64,000 nt of DNA, from assembly GCA_019424945.1 (NCBI GenBank), contig JAHYYN010000100.1, forward strand, positions 8,910 to 72,909, in the 5' to 3' direction. Under the pieces are notes generated by a model. That model was not told where the DNA came from. It saw nothing but the letters and a program-made list of their open reading frames with translations, and searched no databases. Each line of letters starts with the position of its first letter. Within the stretch, counting starts at the first letter, position 1. This document shows positions 9,765 through 20,610 of the stretch, one piece after another. A program made the translations under genes and the position numbers. The DNA is from Collinsella sp. (GTDB lineage: Bacteria; Actinomycetota; Coriobacteriia; Coriobacteriales; Coriobacteriaceae).

Positions 9765-11372
9765 CTATCCGCACACACCGCATTTTGCGCAGGCCGAAAG
9801 TGCGGCCGGAGCCTGCGCGATGCCGCCCTTTGCCGTCTCGCGCAGCGTGGCCGGCAGGGCGTGGCCCACCGAGAGCATGACATGTGCCATCTGGTCAAAC
9901 GGCACCAGGCTCTTGATGCCGGCGAGGGCGAGCTGCGCCGAGCTGAAGGCCGCGGCCACGCCGATAGCGTTGCGGTTTTGGCAGGGCACCTCCACAAGGC
10001 CTCCTACGGGATCGCATACGAGTCCCAATAGGTTACTCAGCGCGATGGAACTGGCGTCGAGCGCCTGCTCGGGCGTGCCTCCGAGCATCTGCACCAGCGC
10101 GGCGGCAGCCATGGCGGCGGCGCTTCCCACCTCGGCCTGGCAGCCGCCCTCGGCGCCGGCGACGCAGGCGCTCGTGGTGAGGTTGAGGCCGATGGCGGCT
10201 GCGCAGTAGAGCGCGTCCATCACCTGCTCGTCGTCGAGCTGCAGGTGGTCGGCGAGTGCCAGCACACAGCCGGGGACGACGCCCGCGGATCCTGCCGTCG
10301 GAGCTGCGACGATTACGCCCATCGTGGCCGAGCGCTCGAGCACGGCCATGGCGCGGGCCACGGCGTCAGTCTGGACGGCGCCCATTAAATTGGAGCTCAG
10401 GTCGTTGCGGCCGGTGGCATCGACAAGCTTGGCCTCGCCGCCGATAAGCCCGCCGAGCGAGCGCTGCGGATTGACGATAGGGGCCGTGGTCTCCTCGCGC
10501 ATGACGTCGAGCACGCGGCGCATGGCGGCGACGGCGTGGGCCTCGCCGGTCAGACGTGCCTCGCGCACGGCCATGACGGCGCCGATGTTGAGTCCCAGTT
10601 CCTCGCACGCATCGAGCAGCTGCTCGCCGTCGTCGAAGATTTCCTTTGCTGAGACGCCGGGGGAGAGCGACGAGGCAGAACCGGGGAGCTCGATAAAGGT
10701 CGCGTAATCGACATTGTCGAGCTTGCGCAGCATAGGGACGACGGTGTCGTCGGGTGCGCCGTCGGTCTCAAAGACGGAGTAGGCCTGGCCGCCCACCTCG
10801 GTGCGGTAGGTGCGGCAGAAGGCGATGTTCACGTGTACGTAGGCGAGCAGGTTCGTGAGCGCGGCGAGCACGCCGGGAACATCCTGGTGCGCCACGAAGA
10901 GCGTGGAGTACATGCCCGAGATGTCGACGCCGACGCCGTTAATGCGGCTGATGCGCATCTTGCCGCCGCCCAGGCTTTCACCGCGGACCTGTGCCGTAGC
11001 GCCCGTGTCGTCGACCATGTCAATGTCGACGGTGTTGGGGTGGATGGAGGCGTCGTCGCCCTTAATTTCAAAGTGATATTCGAGGCCCTGCTCGCGTGCG
11101 AGGTTGAAGGCCTGCTTGATGTTTTCGTCATCGGTGTCGAGGCCTAGGATGCCCGCGACGAGCGCACGATCGGTGCCGTGGCCGCGGTAGGTGTGGGCGA
11201 AGGAGTTCCACAGGCCAAAGGTGACTTTGGTGATGCGGCCTTCCAGCAGGCTGGCGGCAACTTGGGCGCAGCGCAGGGCGCCGGCGGTGTGCGATGAACT
11301 GGGGCCGACCATGACGGGGCCCAAGATCTCGAATGCCGAGGTCGTAGCTAGTGTTTGCGGCTTGCCTGCCAT
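9765..11372 (-). CDS. sdaA: Fe-S L-serine dehydratase, fused beta(+ACT)-alpha subunits
   Basis: GPVMVGPSSSHTAGA, GHGTD, ACT-like region, APTAGSAG, GGCQAEVG, LVCDPVGGLVEVPC. Confidence 0.92.
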   Translation of the reverse strand: MAGKPQTLATTSAFEILGPVMVGPSSSHTAGALRCAQVAASLLEGRITKVTFGLWNSFAHTYRGHGTDRALVAGILGLDTDDENIKQAFNLAREQGLEYHFEIKGDDASIHPNTVDIDMVDDTGATAQVRGESLGGGKMRISRINGVGVDISGMYSTLFVAHQDVPGVLAALTNLLAYVHVNIAFCRTYRTEVGGQAYSVFETDGAPDDTVVPMLRKLDNVDYATFIELPGSASSLSPGVSAKEIFDDGEQLLDACEELGLNIGAVMAVREARLTGEAHAVAAMRRVLDVMREETTAPIVNPQRSLGGLIGGEAKLVDATGRNDLSSNLMGAVQTDAVARAMAVLERSATMGVIVAAPTAGSAGVVPGCVLALADHLQLDDEQVMDALYCAAAIGLNLTTSACVAGAEGGCQAEVGSAAAMAAAALVQMLGGTPEQALDASSIALSNLLGLVCDPVGGLVEVPCQNRNAIGVAAAFSSAQLALAGIKSLVPFDQMAHVMLSVGHALPATLRETAKGGIAQAPAALSACAKCGVCG

Positions 11373-11397
11373 GGGTGCTCCTTTGTTTTGTCCCATC

Positions 11398-11516
11398 GTC
11401 CCGGGGGCGGGGCATAAGGTCGCCTGCTCGAACAGTCCTGCTCGCACGGAGAGCACATTAAGTGCTCTCCGGCTCGTGCGGAACTCGCGATCGACCTTAT
11501 GCCCCGCCCTCGGGAC
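11398..11516. repeat. 119-bp nested palindromic element A (GTCCC...GGGAC)
   Basis: 25-bp outer arms with 1 mismatch (11398-11422 / 11492-11516); perfect inner 10-bp hairpin CGGAGAGCAC/GTGCTCTCCG. Confidence 0.9.
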
Positions 11517-11610
11517 TAAGGATACATGGTAGAAGTGCCCGTGCTGCAAAATTCATTAGCTGGTGACGCAGCGTAGGCTCATATCGAAGCATCTTCACCA
11601 CCGGTTTAAT

Positions 11611-11646
11611 AAAAAAGAAGTACCGGTTGGGGCCGGTACTTCTTTT
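11611..11646 (-). terminator. Rho-independent terminator of metK (probably bidirectional)
   Basis: AAAAGAAGTACCGG ... CCGGTACTTCTTTT. Confidence 0.85.
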
Positions 11647-11683
11647 GGAGCGTTGTTATTTGGCTGTGGGTTTTCTCGTTAGC

Positions 11684-12964
<1,281 letters not shown>

Positions 12965-13073
12965 GATTGTCCTTTCAAAAACGTGTCCCAGCGACCGTTA
13001 CCATTCCGCCGGGCTCTCTATGCAATGGCACATCATAGCGCGTAAATCAAACATTCACACCCTTTCCGCACCT

Positions 13074-13146
13074 ACTCATTGGGGACAGACTTAAATGACC
13101 AGTCGGGTGCTCATTGGGTAGTCATTTAAGTCTGTCCCCAATGAGT
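13074..13146. repeat. Perfect 26-bp inverted repeat with 21-bp spacer
   Basis: ACTCATTGGGGACAGACTTAAATGAC ... GTCATTTAAGTCTGTCCCCAATGAGT in the divergent metK/gltX spacer. Confidence 0.92.
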
Positions 13147-13230
13147 GGGTCGGTGCCCTTTGTGCGGAGGTTGCTTTGATGCTTTATACTGATGCGGTTA
13201 GACATCCATCCTGCAATCGAGGAGATTTCC

Positions 13231-14706
13231 ATGGCATCAGACGTTCGCGTCCGCTTTGCACCCTCACCGACGGGCAAGCTGCACATCGGCGGCGCCCGCA
13301 CCGCTATCTATAACTGGGCTTTCGCCCGTGCAAACGGCGGCACGTTCATCCTGCGCATCGACGACACCGACCCCACCCGTTCCACCGACGAGAACACGCA
13401 GATCATCCTGCGCGCCATGCGTTGGCTGGGCCTGGACTGGGACGAGGGTCCCGAGGTAGGCGGCGACTTTGGCCCCTACGCCCAGACTGAGCGCCTGGAC
13501 CTGTACAAGCAGGCCGCCCAGAAACTTTGGGACGAGGGCAAGGCCTATCCCTGCTTCTGCACCAAGGAGCAGCTCGACGCCGACCGCAAGGCCGCGCAGG
13601 AGCGCAAGGACCCCTTCCAGGGCTATCAGCGTCGTTGCCGCGATCTTGATCCCGAGGAGGCCCGCCGCCGCATCGAGGCCGGCGAGTCCTACGTCCTGCG
13701 CATCAGGGTGCCCGAGGACCGCGGCGACGTCGTCATCCACGACGCCGTTCACGGCGAGGTGACCTTCGACGCCAAGGAGCTCGACGACTTTGTCATCTTC
13801 CGCTCCGATGGCACGCCCACGTACAACTTCGCGACCGTCGTCGACGACGCCATGATGAAGATCACCCATGTCATCCGCGGCGACGACCACCTGTCCAACA
13901 CCCCGCGCCAGGTCATGGTCTACGAGGCCCTCGGCGCGCCCGTGCCCACGTTCGCCCACATCTCCATGATCCTGGGCGCCGACGGTAAGAAGCTCTCCAA
14001 GCGCCACGGTGCAACTTCGGTGGAGGAGTACCGCGACGCCGGTTACCTTTCCGACGCCTTCGTCAACTACCTGGCGCTGCTTGGCTGGTCGCTCGACGGC
14101 GAGACCACGATCATCCCGCGCGATGTCCTGGCCAGCAAGTTCTCGCTCGACCGCATCTCCAAGAACCCGGCGACCTTCGATCCCAAGAAGCTCGATTGGG
14201 TCAATGCCGAGTACATCAACGGCATGTCCGACGCGCAGTTTGCCGATGAAATCATGGTCCCCGAACTGCACGAGGCAGGCCTCATCGAGGGCAACGTCGA
14301 GTACGGCGAGGACTGGATTGATGCGCTTGCCGCCATCGTCAAGCCGCGCACCAAGATGCCGGCCGACGCCGTGACCGTCGCCGCTCCCATCTTTGCTACG
14401 GCCGAGACGCTCGAGTATGACGAGAAATCCGTTAACAAGGGCCTGGCCAAGGAGGGTATGGGTTCCATTCTGGACGCCGCCAAGGCCGCGCTCGAGGGCG
14501 TGGACGAGTGGACTGCCGAGGCCATCGACGCCGCGCTTGAGCCGCTGCCCGAGCAGATGGACCTCAAGAAGCGCGTGGTATTCCAGGCCGTGCGCGTCGC
14601 CGTCTGCGGCAACATGGTGAGCCCCCCGCTGGGCGAGACCATGGCGCTCGTCGGCCGCGACGACTGCCTGGCACGCATCGACCGCGCCCGCACGATGGCG
14701 CTGTAG
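13231..14706 (+). CDS. gltX: Glutamate--tRNA ligase
   Basis: RFAPSPTG.LHIGG, KLSKR; ATG at 13231 after GAGGAG. Confidence 0.97.
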   Translation: MASDVRVRFAPSPTGKLHIGGARTAIYNWAFARANGGTFILRIDDTDPTRSTDENTQIILRAMRWLGLDWDEGPEVGGDFGPYAQTERLDLYKQAAQKLWDEGKAYPCFCTKEQLDADRKAAQERKDPFQGYQRRCRDLDPEEARRRIEAGESYVLRIRVPEDRGDVVIHDAVHGEVTFDAKELDDFVIFRSDGTPTYNFATVVDDAMMKITHVIRGDDHLSNTPRQVMVYEALGAPVPTFAHISMILGADGKKLSKRHGATSVEEYRDAGYLSDAFVNYLALLGWSLDGETTIIPRDVLASKFSLDRISKNPATFDPKKLDWVNAEYINGMSDAQFADEIMVPELHEAGLIEGNVEYGEDWIDALAAIVKPRTKMPADAVTVAAPIFATAETLEYDEKSVNKGLAKEGMGSILDAAKAALEGVDEWTAEAIDAALEPLPEQMDLKKRVVFQAVRVAVCGNMVSPPLGETMALVGRDDCLARIDRARTMAL

Positions 14707-14729
14707 TAGACGCGTAAACGCATGTATCC

Positions 14730-14762
14730 GAGCCCCGTTCCCCCGAGCGGGGCTCTTGTTTC
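14730..14762 (+). terminator. Terminator after gltX
   Basis: GAGCCCCG...CGGGGCTC followed by TTGTTTT. Confidence 0.75.
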
Positions 14763-14782
14763 TGTACCGATGAGTGGGTTGC

Positions 14783-14884
14783 TGGGACAAAATAATCAGT
14801 AGTGTTTGTCCCATGTTCGAGTGACGCAACAAGCTCGACACTCGTATCGGCCATGGGACAAACTCTACTGATTATTTTGTCCCA
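14783..14884. repeat. REPIN-like pair of inverted 33-bp units, each bounded by GGGACAAA...TTTGTCCC
   Basis: 14783-14815 and 14852-14884 are reverse complements with 1 mismatch. Confidence 0.9.
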
Positions 14885-14916
14885 CCCCTTTCAGGTCCGT
14901 TCGTTAGAGGTGGTGT

Positions 14917-17370
14917 ATGGCTCAACAACTGTCGCTGTTTGGTTCTCCGGAACCGGAGGAGGCTCTGGTGAAGCTCATGCCTGCCGCTGCCTCGGCTCAG
15001 CCTAAGCCTGCACCTGAGCCCATCGCTGCCTACGCGAGCGTGGTTCTCGACATTCCTACCCGAGCGCTGTCCGAGCCATTCGCCTACTGCATTCCCCAGT
15101 CCCTTGCCAACGAGGTCCAGATCGGATCCACGGTCCTGGTCCACTTTGGTAACCGTGCCGCCGCGGGCTATATCGTCGACATTGCGCCTGAGCTGCGCGA
15201 CCTGCAGGGTAACAACGCCCTCGACCCCGTGCGCATCAAGCCCATCGAGGCCATCCTCAGCAAACCGCTCTTTACCGCCGAAGCCGCCCGCATCGCACGT
15301 TGGATGAGCCGCGAGTATGTCGCGACGCTTTCCGAGTGCCTGCGCCTGTTCTTGCCTCCGGGTGGCAGCCCGCGTGTGGTCAAGGGCGACGACGGCGTGT
15401 GGACGGTTGAACGTCCAGCCGTCAAACCCATCCAAAACCGCTGGGTGATGCTTACGCCCGAAGGCTTTGACTACACGCCACCCAAGACCGCGGTCCGACA
15501 GCGCCAACTCATCGAGGCGCTCCAGTGTGGTCCTGTCACGACGCGCGACCTCAACCTTCTCTATAACAGTATGTCGGCGACCATTAAGTCGCTCGAAAAA
15601 CGCGGCGTCGTGGTGGTGGAAGAGCGCCGCGCCTGGCGTGGCTGCAGCGAGCAGACCACGCTGTCCTCGGCAAGCGGCAAGGCGCCGGTCTCCCTTACCA
15701 ACGGCCAGCAACAGGCACTCGCGCAGATTGAGCGCGCCCGTCTGGACGCTCATGGCGACGTGGTGCTGGTCGACGGCGTCACCGGCTCCGGCAAAACCGA
15801 GGTTTACCTCTCCGCCATCGAGCGCGTGCTCGCAGCCGGTCGCTCGGCCTGCGTGCTGGTGCCCGAGATTTCGCTGACGGCCCAGACCGTCGGCCGCTTC
15901 CGTTCGCGCTTTGGCGAGACGGTCGCCGTGTTCCATTCGCGGCTTTCGGCCGGCGAGCGCCTGGACCAGTGGGACATGGTTGCCAGCGGTTCCGCCCGCG
16001 TTGTCGTCGGCGCACGTTCGGCGCTCTTTTGCCCTCTCAGCGATCTGGGCCTTATCATCATCGACGAGGAGCACGAGACCAGCTACAAGCAGGGCTCCAG
16101 TCCGCGCTACCACGCTCGCGAGGTGGCGGCCGAGATGGCGCGGCGCTACCGCTGCCCACTCGTGCTGGGCTCGGCCACGCCTTCTGCCGAAGCGCTCGAC
16201 CGCTGCCGTCGCGGAACGTACGGCGGTGCCACTTGGACGCGTGTCGAGATGCCCGAGCGCCCGGGACACGCCGTGCTTCCCACGGTCCGCATTGCCGACC
16301 TGCGCCGTGAGTTTTCTCACGGCAGCCGCTCCATGTTCTCAAAACCCTTGATGGAGGGCTTGGAGCGTGTAGTCGAGCGCCGCGAGAAGGCCGTGCTGCT
16401 GCATAACCGCCGTGGCTTTGCGCCGTTCCTGATGTGTCGCGAGTGCGGCTGCGTTCCCACCTGCAACCACTGCTCCACCGCGCTTACGTATCACGAGCGC
16501 ACGCACACGCTGCAATGTCACACATGCGGATCCTCCTGGCGCGTGCAGCCGTATCCCGCGCCCACGAGTCGTTGCCCCAAATGTGGCAGTCGCTACCTGG
16601 CAAAAATGGGGCTGGGCACGCAGCAGATCGAGGACGCACTGCACCAGATGCTGCCCGAGGACGTCGCCATCATCCGCATGGATGCCGATTCCACGCGCGG
16701 AAAGGATGCGCACAAAAAGCTGCTCGAGCAGTTCGATGCGGCCGATTGCGCCGTGTTGCTGGGCACCCAAATGATCGCCAAGGGTCTCGACTTTCCCGAG
16801 GTCACGCTCGTGGGCGTGGTCAATGCCGACTTCGCCCTCAAGCTGCCGGACTTCCGCGCAGGGGAGCGCGCCTACGATCTGCTGGAGCAGGTGGCGGGCC
16901 GCGCCGGCCGCGGCGATCGTCCTGGCGAGGTCATCATCCAGACCTATCTGCCCGAGGATCCGGTCATTCGCGCCGTCGCCGAGCACGACCGTTCTATCTT
17001 TACCGACTACGACCTTGACCAGCGGCGCGACGCGCTGTATCCGCCCTTTGTGCGCCTGGTCAACATTTTGGTGTGGTCGACGAACGCGGATGACGCGCAG
17101 GACTACATTGGGCGCATTGCAAAGCTTCTTAAGCGCCGCTGGCATGCCGCCGCGCCCGACTTTTTGAGGGCGGGGAGTGCCATGCCGCAGGTGCTGGGTC
17201 CGGCTTCGTGTGTAATCGAGAGAGCCAAGGACCGTTACCGCTTCCATCTGCTTGTGAAGTCGCCCGTGGGGTACCATGTCTCTGATGATATCGACGCCTG
17301 CCTCAAAGAGGTGGGCTCTGTGCGCGGCGTGAGCGTGAGCGTTGACGTCGACGCCTATGATTTGATGTAA
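14917..17370 (+). CDS. priA: Primosomal protein N' (replication restart helicase)
   Basis: GVTGSGKTEVY, IIDEEHE, LGSATPS, Cys zinc clusters, GTQMIAKGLDF, QVAGRAGR. Confidence 0.97.
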   Translation: MAQQLSLFGSPEPEEALVKLMPAAASAQPKPAPEPIAAYASVVLDIPTRALSEPFAYCIPQSLANEVQIGSTVLVHFGNRAAAGYIVDIAPELRDLQGNNALDPVRIKPIEAILSKPLFTAEAARIARWMSREYVATLSECLRLFLPPGGSPRVVKGDDGVWTVERPAVKPIQNRWVMLTPEGFDYTPPKTAVRQRQLIEALQCGPVTTRDLNLLYNSMSATIKSLEKRGVVVVEERRAWRGCSEQTTLSSASGKAPVSLTNGQQQALAQIERARLDAHGDVVLVDGVTGSGKTEVYLSAIERVLAAGRSACVLVPEISLTAQTVGRFRSRFGETVAVFHSRLSAGERLDQWDMVASGSARVVVGARSALFCPLSDLGLIIIDEEHETSYKQGSSPRYHAREVAAEMARRYRCPLVLGSATPSAEALDRCRRGTYGGATWTRVEMPERPGHAVLPTVRIADLRREFSHGSRSMFSKPLMEGLERVVERREKAVLLHNRRGFAPFLMCRECGCVPTCNHCSTALTYHERTHTLQCHTCGSSWRVQPYPAPTSRCPKCGSRYLAKMGLGTQQIEDALHQMLPEDVAIIRMDADSTRGKDAHKKLLEQFDAADCAVLLGTQMIAKGLDFPEVTLVGVVNADFALKLPDFRAGERAYDLLEQVAGRAGRGDRPGEVIIQTYLPEDPVIRAVAEHDRSIFTDYDLDQRRDALYPPFVRLVNILVWSTNADDAQDYIGRIAKLLKRRWHAAAPDFLRAGSAMPQVLGPASCVIERAKDRYRFHLLVKSPVGYHVSDDIDACLKEVGSVRGVSVSVDVDAYDLM

Positions 17371-17388
17371 CAACCCGAAAGGATGGCC

Positions 17389-17925
17389 ATGGAAGCCAAC
17401 GGAATCGTACTGTCGCCCGACCCTCGTCTGCGCCAGGAGTGCGCCGTCATCGAGGAGATTACCCCGGCGATCGAGGCGCTTGCCGAGAAGATGAAGAAGA
17501 TGATGTTCGAGAACGGCGGCTGCGGTCTGGCTGCCCCGCAGATCGGCGAACTCATTCAGCTCGTCACCATCGACTGCGACTACACCGACAAGAACGACTA
17601 TGACCCGTACGTGCTCATCAACCCCGTGATCGTGGAGCAGAGCGACCATCTGGTGCCGTTTAGCGAGGGCTGCCTGTCCATCCCTGGCATTAGCTGCGAG
17701 ATCGAGCGTCCCGACCATGTCGTCGTCGAGGCGTACGACTTGGACGCAAACCTGATTCGCTACGAGGCTACGGGCGACCTGTTCTGCGTGTGCCTGCAGC
17801 ACGAGATCGATCACCTGCATGGCAACACTATGTTCGAGCGACTGAAGCCGATGCAGAGGATCAAGGCCGTCAAGGAGTACCAGGACGCCCTGGCCCGCGG
17901 CGCTCGACCGGGCGAGACGGAGTAG
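17389..17925 (+). CDS. def: Peptide deformylase
   Basis: GCGLAAPQIG, EGCLS, QHEIDHL. Confidence 0.97.
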   Translation: MEANGIVLSPDPRLRQECAVIEEITPAIEALAEKMKKMMFENGGCGLAAPQIGELIQLVTIDCDYTDKNDYDPYVLINPVIVEQSDHLVPFSEGCLSIPGISCEIERPDHVVVEAYDLDANLIRYEATGDLFCVCLQHEIDHLHGNTMFERLKPMQRIKAVKEYQDALARGARPGETE

Positions 17926-17936
17926 GTTAATTGTCC

Positions 17937-18038
17937 GTCCCTGGGATGGGGCCCACACATATCATCCCGTGCTCAAACATTCTCGCTTTGCTGCGAAACT
18001 GCGCGCGGGACGATATGTGGGCGCTCAGCACCGGGGAC
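17937..18038. repeat. 102-bp palindromic element B, related to element A
   Basis: GTCCC...GGGAC ends, stem CACATATCATCCCGTGC/GCGCGGGACGATATGTG, shares GCTC(A/G)AACA and GCG(A/G)AACT motifs with element A. Confidence 0.7.
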
Positions 18039-18255
18039 TGCGTTGTTCTGGCTCGGTTCGCCCGGGTGCCGTCGGGCCAGGGATGGGCGTCTTCGCTGAT
18101 AGGTGCTTTGCTGAAAGAGCTGCTTTTATTGCGGCTCTTTCTTTGGTTTTGGGTATATTTGTTCTTGTTGAAATGTTATTGCGGATGGGCTGGTGACTTG
18201 GCTTTCCGCTGTTCTTTGTAGCCGTCTCGGCTTTGGTTGAGAGGAGACGATCTTT

Positions 18256-19176
18256 ATGCGTATTGTGTTTATGGGTACGCCTGATTTTGCTGTGCCTTCT
18301 TTGACTTCGCTTGTTGAGGCTGGGAATGAGATTGCGCTTGTTGTTACTCGTCCTGATGCTGTTCGCGGGCGTGGTAAGAAGCTTGAGCCGTCTCCTGTTA
18401 AGGCTAAGGCGCTCGAGCTTGGTTTGCCTGTTGTTGAGGCTAATCGTATGACGCCTGAGGTTGTTGAGGTGCTCAAGGCTGCGCAGGCTGATATTTTCTG
18501 TGTGGCTGCTTATGGCTGTATTTTGCCTGATGAGGTGCTTCATATAGCGCCGCTTGGTATTGTGAATGTTCATGCGTCCTTGCTGCCTCGTTGGCGTGGG
18601 GCTGCTCCTATTCAGCGTGCGATTCTCGCTGGCGACGAGATTGCTGGCGTTTCTATCATGCGTATTGGGCATGGCGTGGATACCGGCGCTTATTGCGCCC
18701 AGGCCTCAACGTCAGTTGCCGGTAAGCATGCCGAGACGCTGACGATGGAGCTTGGTGAGCTTGGCGGTAAGCTGCTGGCCGATACGCTACCGTCGCTTGC
18801 CGATGGTACGGCGGTGTGGATCGAGCAGGATGAGTCGCTTGTCACCCATGCTGCGAAGATTTCCAAGCAGGAGATGCGTCTAGATCCGCACATGGCGGCG
18901 CTTGATTGCGTGCGTCATGTGCTTGCCTCGTCCGATACCGCGCCTGCTCGTTGTGTGATTGCCGGCAAGACCGTGCGTGTGCTTGATGCTGCGCTGGCCG
19001 ATGTGTCGCTTGGTGAGGGACTCGTCGCCGTTCAGGCCAAGCATGTTTACCTGGGCCTTTTCGATGGCTCGGTCGAGTTGCTCGAGGTTAAGCCTGATGG
19101 CAAACGTGCTATGGCCGCTTCTGCTTGGGCTGCTGGCCTGCAGGGTGCCGATCTTTCGTGGGGTGTTTTGTCATGA
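18256..19176 (+). CDS. fmt: Methionyl-tRNA formyltransferase
   Basis: MRIVFMGTPDFA, NVHASLLPRWRGAAPIQRAI. Confidence 0.97.
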   Translation: MRIVFMGTPDFAVPSLTSLVEAGNEIALVVTRPDAVRGRGKKLEPSPVKAKALELGLPVVEANRMTPEVVEVLKAAQADIFCVAAYGCILPDEVLHIAPLGIVNVHASLLPRWRGAAPIQRAILAGDEIAGVSIMRIGHGVDTGAYCAQASTSVAGKHAETLTMELGELGGKLLADTLPSLADGTAVWIEQDESLVTHAAKISKQEMRLDPHMAALDCVRHVLASSDTAPARCVIAGKTVRVLDAALADVSLGEGLVAVQAKHVYLGLFDGSVELLEVKPDGKRAMAASAWAAGLQGADLSWGVLS

Positions 19177-20573
19177 GCAAGCTGTCTCCCGCGCGCAAGC
19201 TTGCGCTCGATGTGCTGATGGAGGCCGATCGCCGCGGTATGTATGCGCGTGACGTGCTGTCCTCTCGCGCATCGGCCAAGGCTATTGACCAGCGCGATTC
19301 CGCTTTTGCCGCCCGCTTGGCGCTGGGTGTAGCCGCCACGCAGGGTATTTTGGACGAGCTGCTCGATCAGTTTCTCGATAAGCCCAAAAAGGTTGCGCCG
19401 CGCGTTCGCATGGCGCTTCGTATTTCTGCCTTCGAGATGCTCTACCTGCATACGCCGGGCCGTGTTGCCGTAAGTCAGGGTGTTGAACTGGTTCGTTGCG
19501 GTGCTAAGTCCGCCGCCGGCTTGGCCAATGCTGTACTGCACAAGGTTGCGGACAACGTTGAGGACTTTGCCACGGCATCCGACGTGGATGAGTCCGAGCG
19601 ACGCTTGGTTCGTCTGTCGCGCCTGATGGGTCTTCCGCGCTGGCTATGCGCTCGCATTATGGCATCGTTTGACACGCCAGAGGGTGCGCTTAACTTTGCC
19701 GGCAATCTGGCCCCCGCGCCGCTGGCCCTGCATGAGAACGCTTTTGCTTCCAAGCCCGATCCGTATATCTCGCAGCTCGTCGCACCTGTCTTCCCGGGCT
19801 GCCATGCCCCGGTTGATGCCCAGGTTACGGTTGCGTCGGGCGTATTTGAGCGTGCTGCTGCCGTGGCCTCGGACCTTAACGCCCAGCTTATCGCCACAGC
19901 TGCCACGCGCCCTGGTAGCTGCCTTGAGATTGGTGCCGGTCGTGGCACCAAGACCTATGTGATGATGTGCCAGGCCAAGCGTGCGGGCTATGAGCGTCAG
20001 CATACGGCGCTCGATCTTCATGATCGCAAGTGCGATCTAAATCTCGCTCGCCTGCATAAGGCCGGTATTCAGGGCGTTCGTACGGTTTCGGGTGATGCTT
20101 GCGAGCTTGATCAGGTGCTCACATCGTTTGATGCCATGCTTGGCGAGCCGGTTATGTTCGACACAGTCTTTATCGATGCGCCGTGCTCTGGCACTGGAAC
20201 CATGCGCCGTCATCCCGAGATCCCGTGGCGCCTGACCGAAAAGGATGTGACGGTTGAGTTGCCCAAGCTGCAGGTGACGATGCTCAAGGAAGCCGCTGCG
20301 CGCGTGGCTGCCGGCGGCGAGCTTATCTATGCAACATGCTCGGTGTTTGATGAGGAGAACGCGCAGGTTGTGGATGCCTTCCTGGCTTCTTCCGAGGGCG
20401 CCGGCTTTAGCGTGGCGCCGCTTTCTGAGGCGCAGATTCTGCAACTGCCCGAGTTTGCCCAGGCCAAGAAGCTCGTCTGCGTACGCCAAAACGACCGAGG
20501 CCTCTTCCAAAGCGTGCCGGTAAACGCCGACTCCTACGATGGCCACTTCTGCGCCAGGCTGGTGCGCAACTAA
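19173..20573 (+). CDS. rsmB: 16S rRNA m5C967 methyltransferase (RsmB/Sun, NusB-like N-terminus)
   Basis: DAPCSGTG..RRHPE, YATCS...EN, YDGHF; follows fmt. Confidence 0.88.
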   Translation: MSKLSPARKLALDVLMEADRRGMYARDVLSSRASAKAIDQRDSAFAARLALGVAATQGILDELLDQFLDKPKKVAPRVRMALRISAFEMLYLHTPGRVAVSQGVELVRCGAKSAAGLANAVLHKVADNVEDFATASDVDESERRLVRLSRLMGLPRWLCARIMASFDTPEGALNFAGNLAPAPLALHENAFASKPDPYISQLVAPVFPGCHAPVDAQVTVASGVFERAAAVASDLNAQLIATAATRPGSCLEIGAGRGTKTYVMMCQAKRAGYERQHTALDLHDRKCDLNLARLHKAGIQGVRTVSGDACELDQVLTSFDAMLGEPVMFDTVFIDAPCSGTGTMRRHPEIPWRLTEKDVTVELPKLQVTMLKEAAARVAAGGELIYATCSVFDEENAQVVDAFLASSEGAGFSVAPLSEAQILQLPEFAQAKKLVCVRQNDRGLFQSVPVNADSYDGHFCARLVRN

Positions 20574-20610
20574 TACGGCACCCGAGGGTTGACCCGCTTG
20601 CCATGAAATG

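Noticed and set aside
11398..11516. Glycine riboswitch upstream of serine dehydratase
   Set aside because: GGAGAG is present but the other aptamer motifs are not; structure is a simple nested palindrome with a relative elsewhere
12965..13040. SAM riboswitch upstream of metK
   Set aside because: Only a short hairpin; could not match SAM-I, SAM-III or SAM-VI consensus by eye; needs an Rfam scan
17969..18196. Small hydrophobic ORF between def and fmt
   Set aside because: Hydrophobicity is explained by the T-rich skew; it starts inside a repeat and has no RBS
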